Under the pieces are notes generated by a model. The model was given only the letters and a program-made list of their open reading frames with translations. It made no database searches and had not been told where the DNA came from. Source: Candidatus Poribacteria bacterium (GTDB lineage: Bacteria; Poribacteria; WGA-4E; PCPOR2b). From it: a DNA stretch of 64,000 nucleotides. How positions within the stretch are numbered: the stretch's first letter is position 1; each line of letters opens with the position of its first letter. Location: NCBI GenBank assembly GCA_965215015.1, contig OZ244042.1:800001-864000 (forward strand), given 5' to 3'. The translations under genes and the position numbers were made by a program. Shown piece by piece: positions 62,704 through 64,000 of the stretch.

Positions 62704-63636
62704 ATGACGAGTACAACGAAAAATGATTTGCCCCAACCGACAGCCGACCTTAGTATAGCAAAGGCACATTTAGATGAATTTGGCTATTGTCTACTCGCTA
62801 ACGCGCTCACTCCAAAGCAGGTTGAGGCGTTACGCACTCGATTGGTAGAGCAGGCAGCTGCGGAAAAGCAACAAGGGCTTGCTTTTGAGGATGGCAGCAA
62901 GGAAAAGAGCAGCGGTATCAATCAGCGGGTCTGGATGCTGATTAACAAGGGCAAAATTTTTCATGAACCGCTGCTCCACAAGGAGGTACACGAACTCATT
63001 AGACATGTTCTCGGCGAGCAATACCTGTTGTCGTGTTATACCGCCAATATTGCCAAGCCGGGCGGCGTAGCGATGAATCTACACACCGACCAGTGGTGGA
63101 TGCCGCCACCGACCCGGCGCGATCGTTCCCCGCTCCCCGTCGGGTCAATTACGCGGGAACGTCGAGATGTGGATGACGCCGGCCCACCGTCGATGATTGC
63201 ACCAGCTGTTGTTGTCAATGTTATGTGGATGCTGGTTGATTTCACCCCTGAAAACGGCGGCACCCGCCTCGTACCCCGAAGCCATCTGACCGGACGACAT
63301 CCGGACAAAGAACTGGATCGGGATGTTGAACCGATTGCTGCCGAGGGCCCCGCTGGCACGGCGATGGTGTTTGACGGTCGCATGTGGCACGGGACCGGCG
63401 CGAATGTGAGCGACGGTCCGCGGCTAGGGGTGCTGTCAACATTCTGCGGACCCCAATTCCGGACGCAAGAGAATTTAACGGTCGGCACATCAAAGGAGGT
63501 CTTGGAGAACGCGCCTCCGGAACTGTTGGCGTTGCTCGGCTTCAAGGTGTGGAACGCTTATGGCCGTGTCGAAAGTCCCGCCGTTGATTTCATATCACCC
63601 GACGAGATCTCTCTGGGGGAATTGCGCCCGGAGTAA
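62704..63636 (+). CDS. PhyH family Fe(II)/2OG oxygenase
   Basis: 'LHTDQWW', 'DFTPENGGT', 'WHGTGAN'. Confidence 0.9.
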   Translation: MTSTTKNDLPQPTADLSIAKAHLDEFGYCLLANALTPKQVEALRTRLVEQAAAEKQQGLAFEDGSKEKSSGINQRVWMLINKGKIFHEPLLHKEVHELIRHVLGEQYLLSCYTANIAKPGGVAMNLHTDQWWMPPPTRRDRSPLPVGSITRERRDVDDAGPPSMIAPAVVVNVMWMLVDFTPENGGTRLVPRSHLTGRHPDKELDRDVEPIAAEGPAGTAMVFDGRMWHGTGANVSDGPRLGVLSTFCGPQFRTQENLTVGTSKEVLENAPPELLALLGFKVWNAYGRVESPAVDFISPDEISLGELRPE

Positions 63637-63707
63637 TTGTAAGTCAGCAAACCTGAATAGAAAGTCACCTTGCCGGCCTCATCTTGCCTGCGGATCAAAG
63701 GCCAAGA

Positions 63708-64000
63708 TCACGCCCCCCTTTTGCTGTGGGCTTGTCGATACACCGCCCAGTTTCGACGCATCGGTCCGAATTCAAGGAAAACGCAGTTTCGTTCAAATGC
63801 CTCCTTGATTGCATCTGCCTCAATTAGCGAACAACAGAGCGGTTTCTCGGCATACATCCCCTTGACACCGTGTTCCGCCCCATAAATCATCGCCTCGGCG
63901 TGCTGCTCCGGTCGGGTTGTAATACTGAGGATATCGGGTTTCTCCACATCAATTAGCTCACGATAATCCGCGTACCCCCGCGGCACGTTCCAGCGTTGTT
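63708..64000 (-). pseudogene. Gfo/Idh/MocA oxidoreductase fragment (start outside window, premature stop)
   Basis: 'YADYRELIDVEKPDILSITT', 'EKPL'; stops at 63708 just after the NAD-binding domain. Confidence 0.65.

Overview
Bacterial chromosomal window, about 50% GC, with no rRNA, tRNA or CRISPR array seen. The gene content resembles Candidatus Poribacteria or similar lineages (inference only): four PhyH dioxygenases, four Gfo/Idh/MocA oxidoreductases, enolase-superfamily enzymes, GH32-like propellers and a cohesin-PKD protein ending in 'K..T.WG.LK'. Recognisable modules include acoABC with an SDR, an N-methylglutamate cluster (mgsABC/glxBCD plus gmaS), wcaJ, ggt, msrA, mmsA and bioD. Intergenic DNA is packed with nested TIR-bounded and REP-like repeats and several decayed genes. 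The standout is 48737-52582 (- strand). An ECF sigma factor, preceded by an ECF-type promoter, is followed by a 1039-aa single polypeptide that reads as a miniaturised RpoB-RpoC fusion. By-eye alignment shows it keeps NADFDGD, the beta catalytic residues and the sigma-binding clamp helices. It appears to lack the flap, zinc ribbon and trigger loop, and its rifampicin pocket is altered. All family calls come from motif recognition, not database searches.
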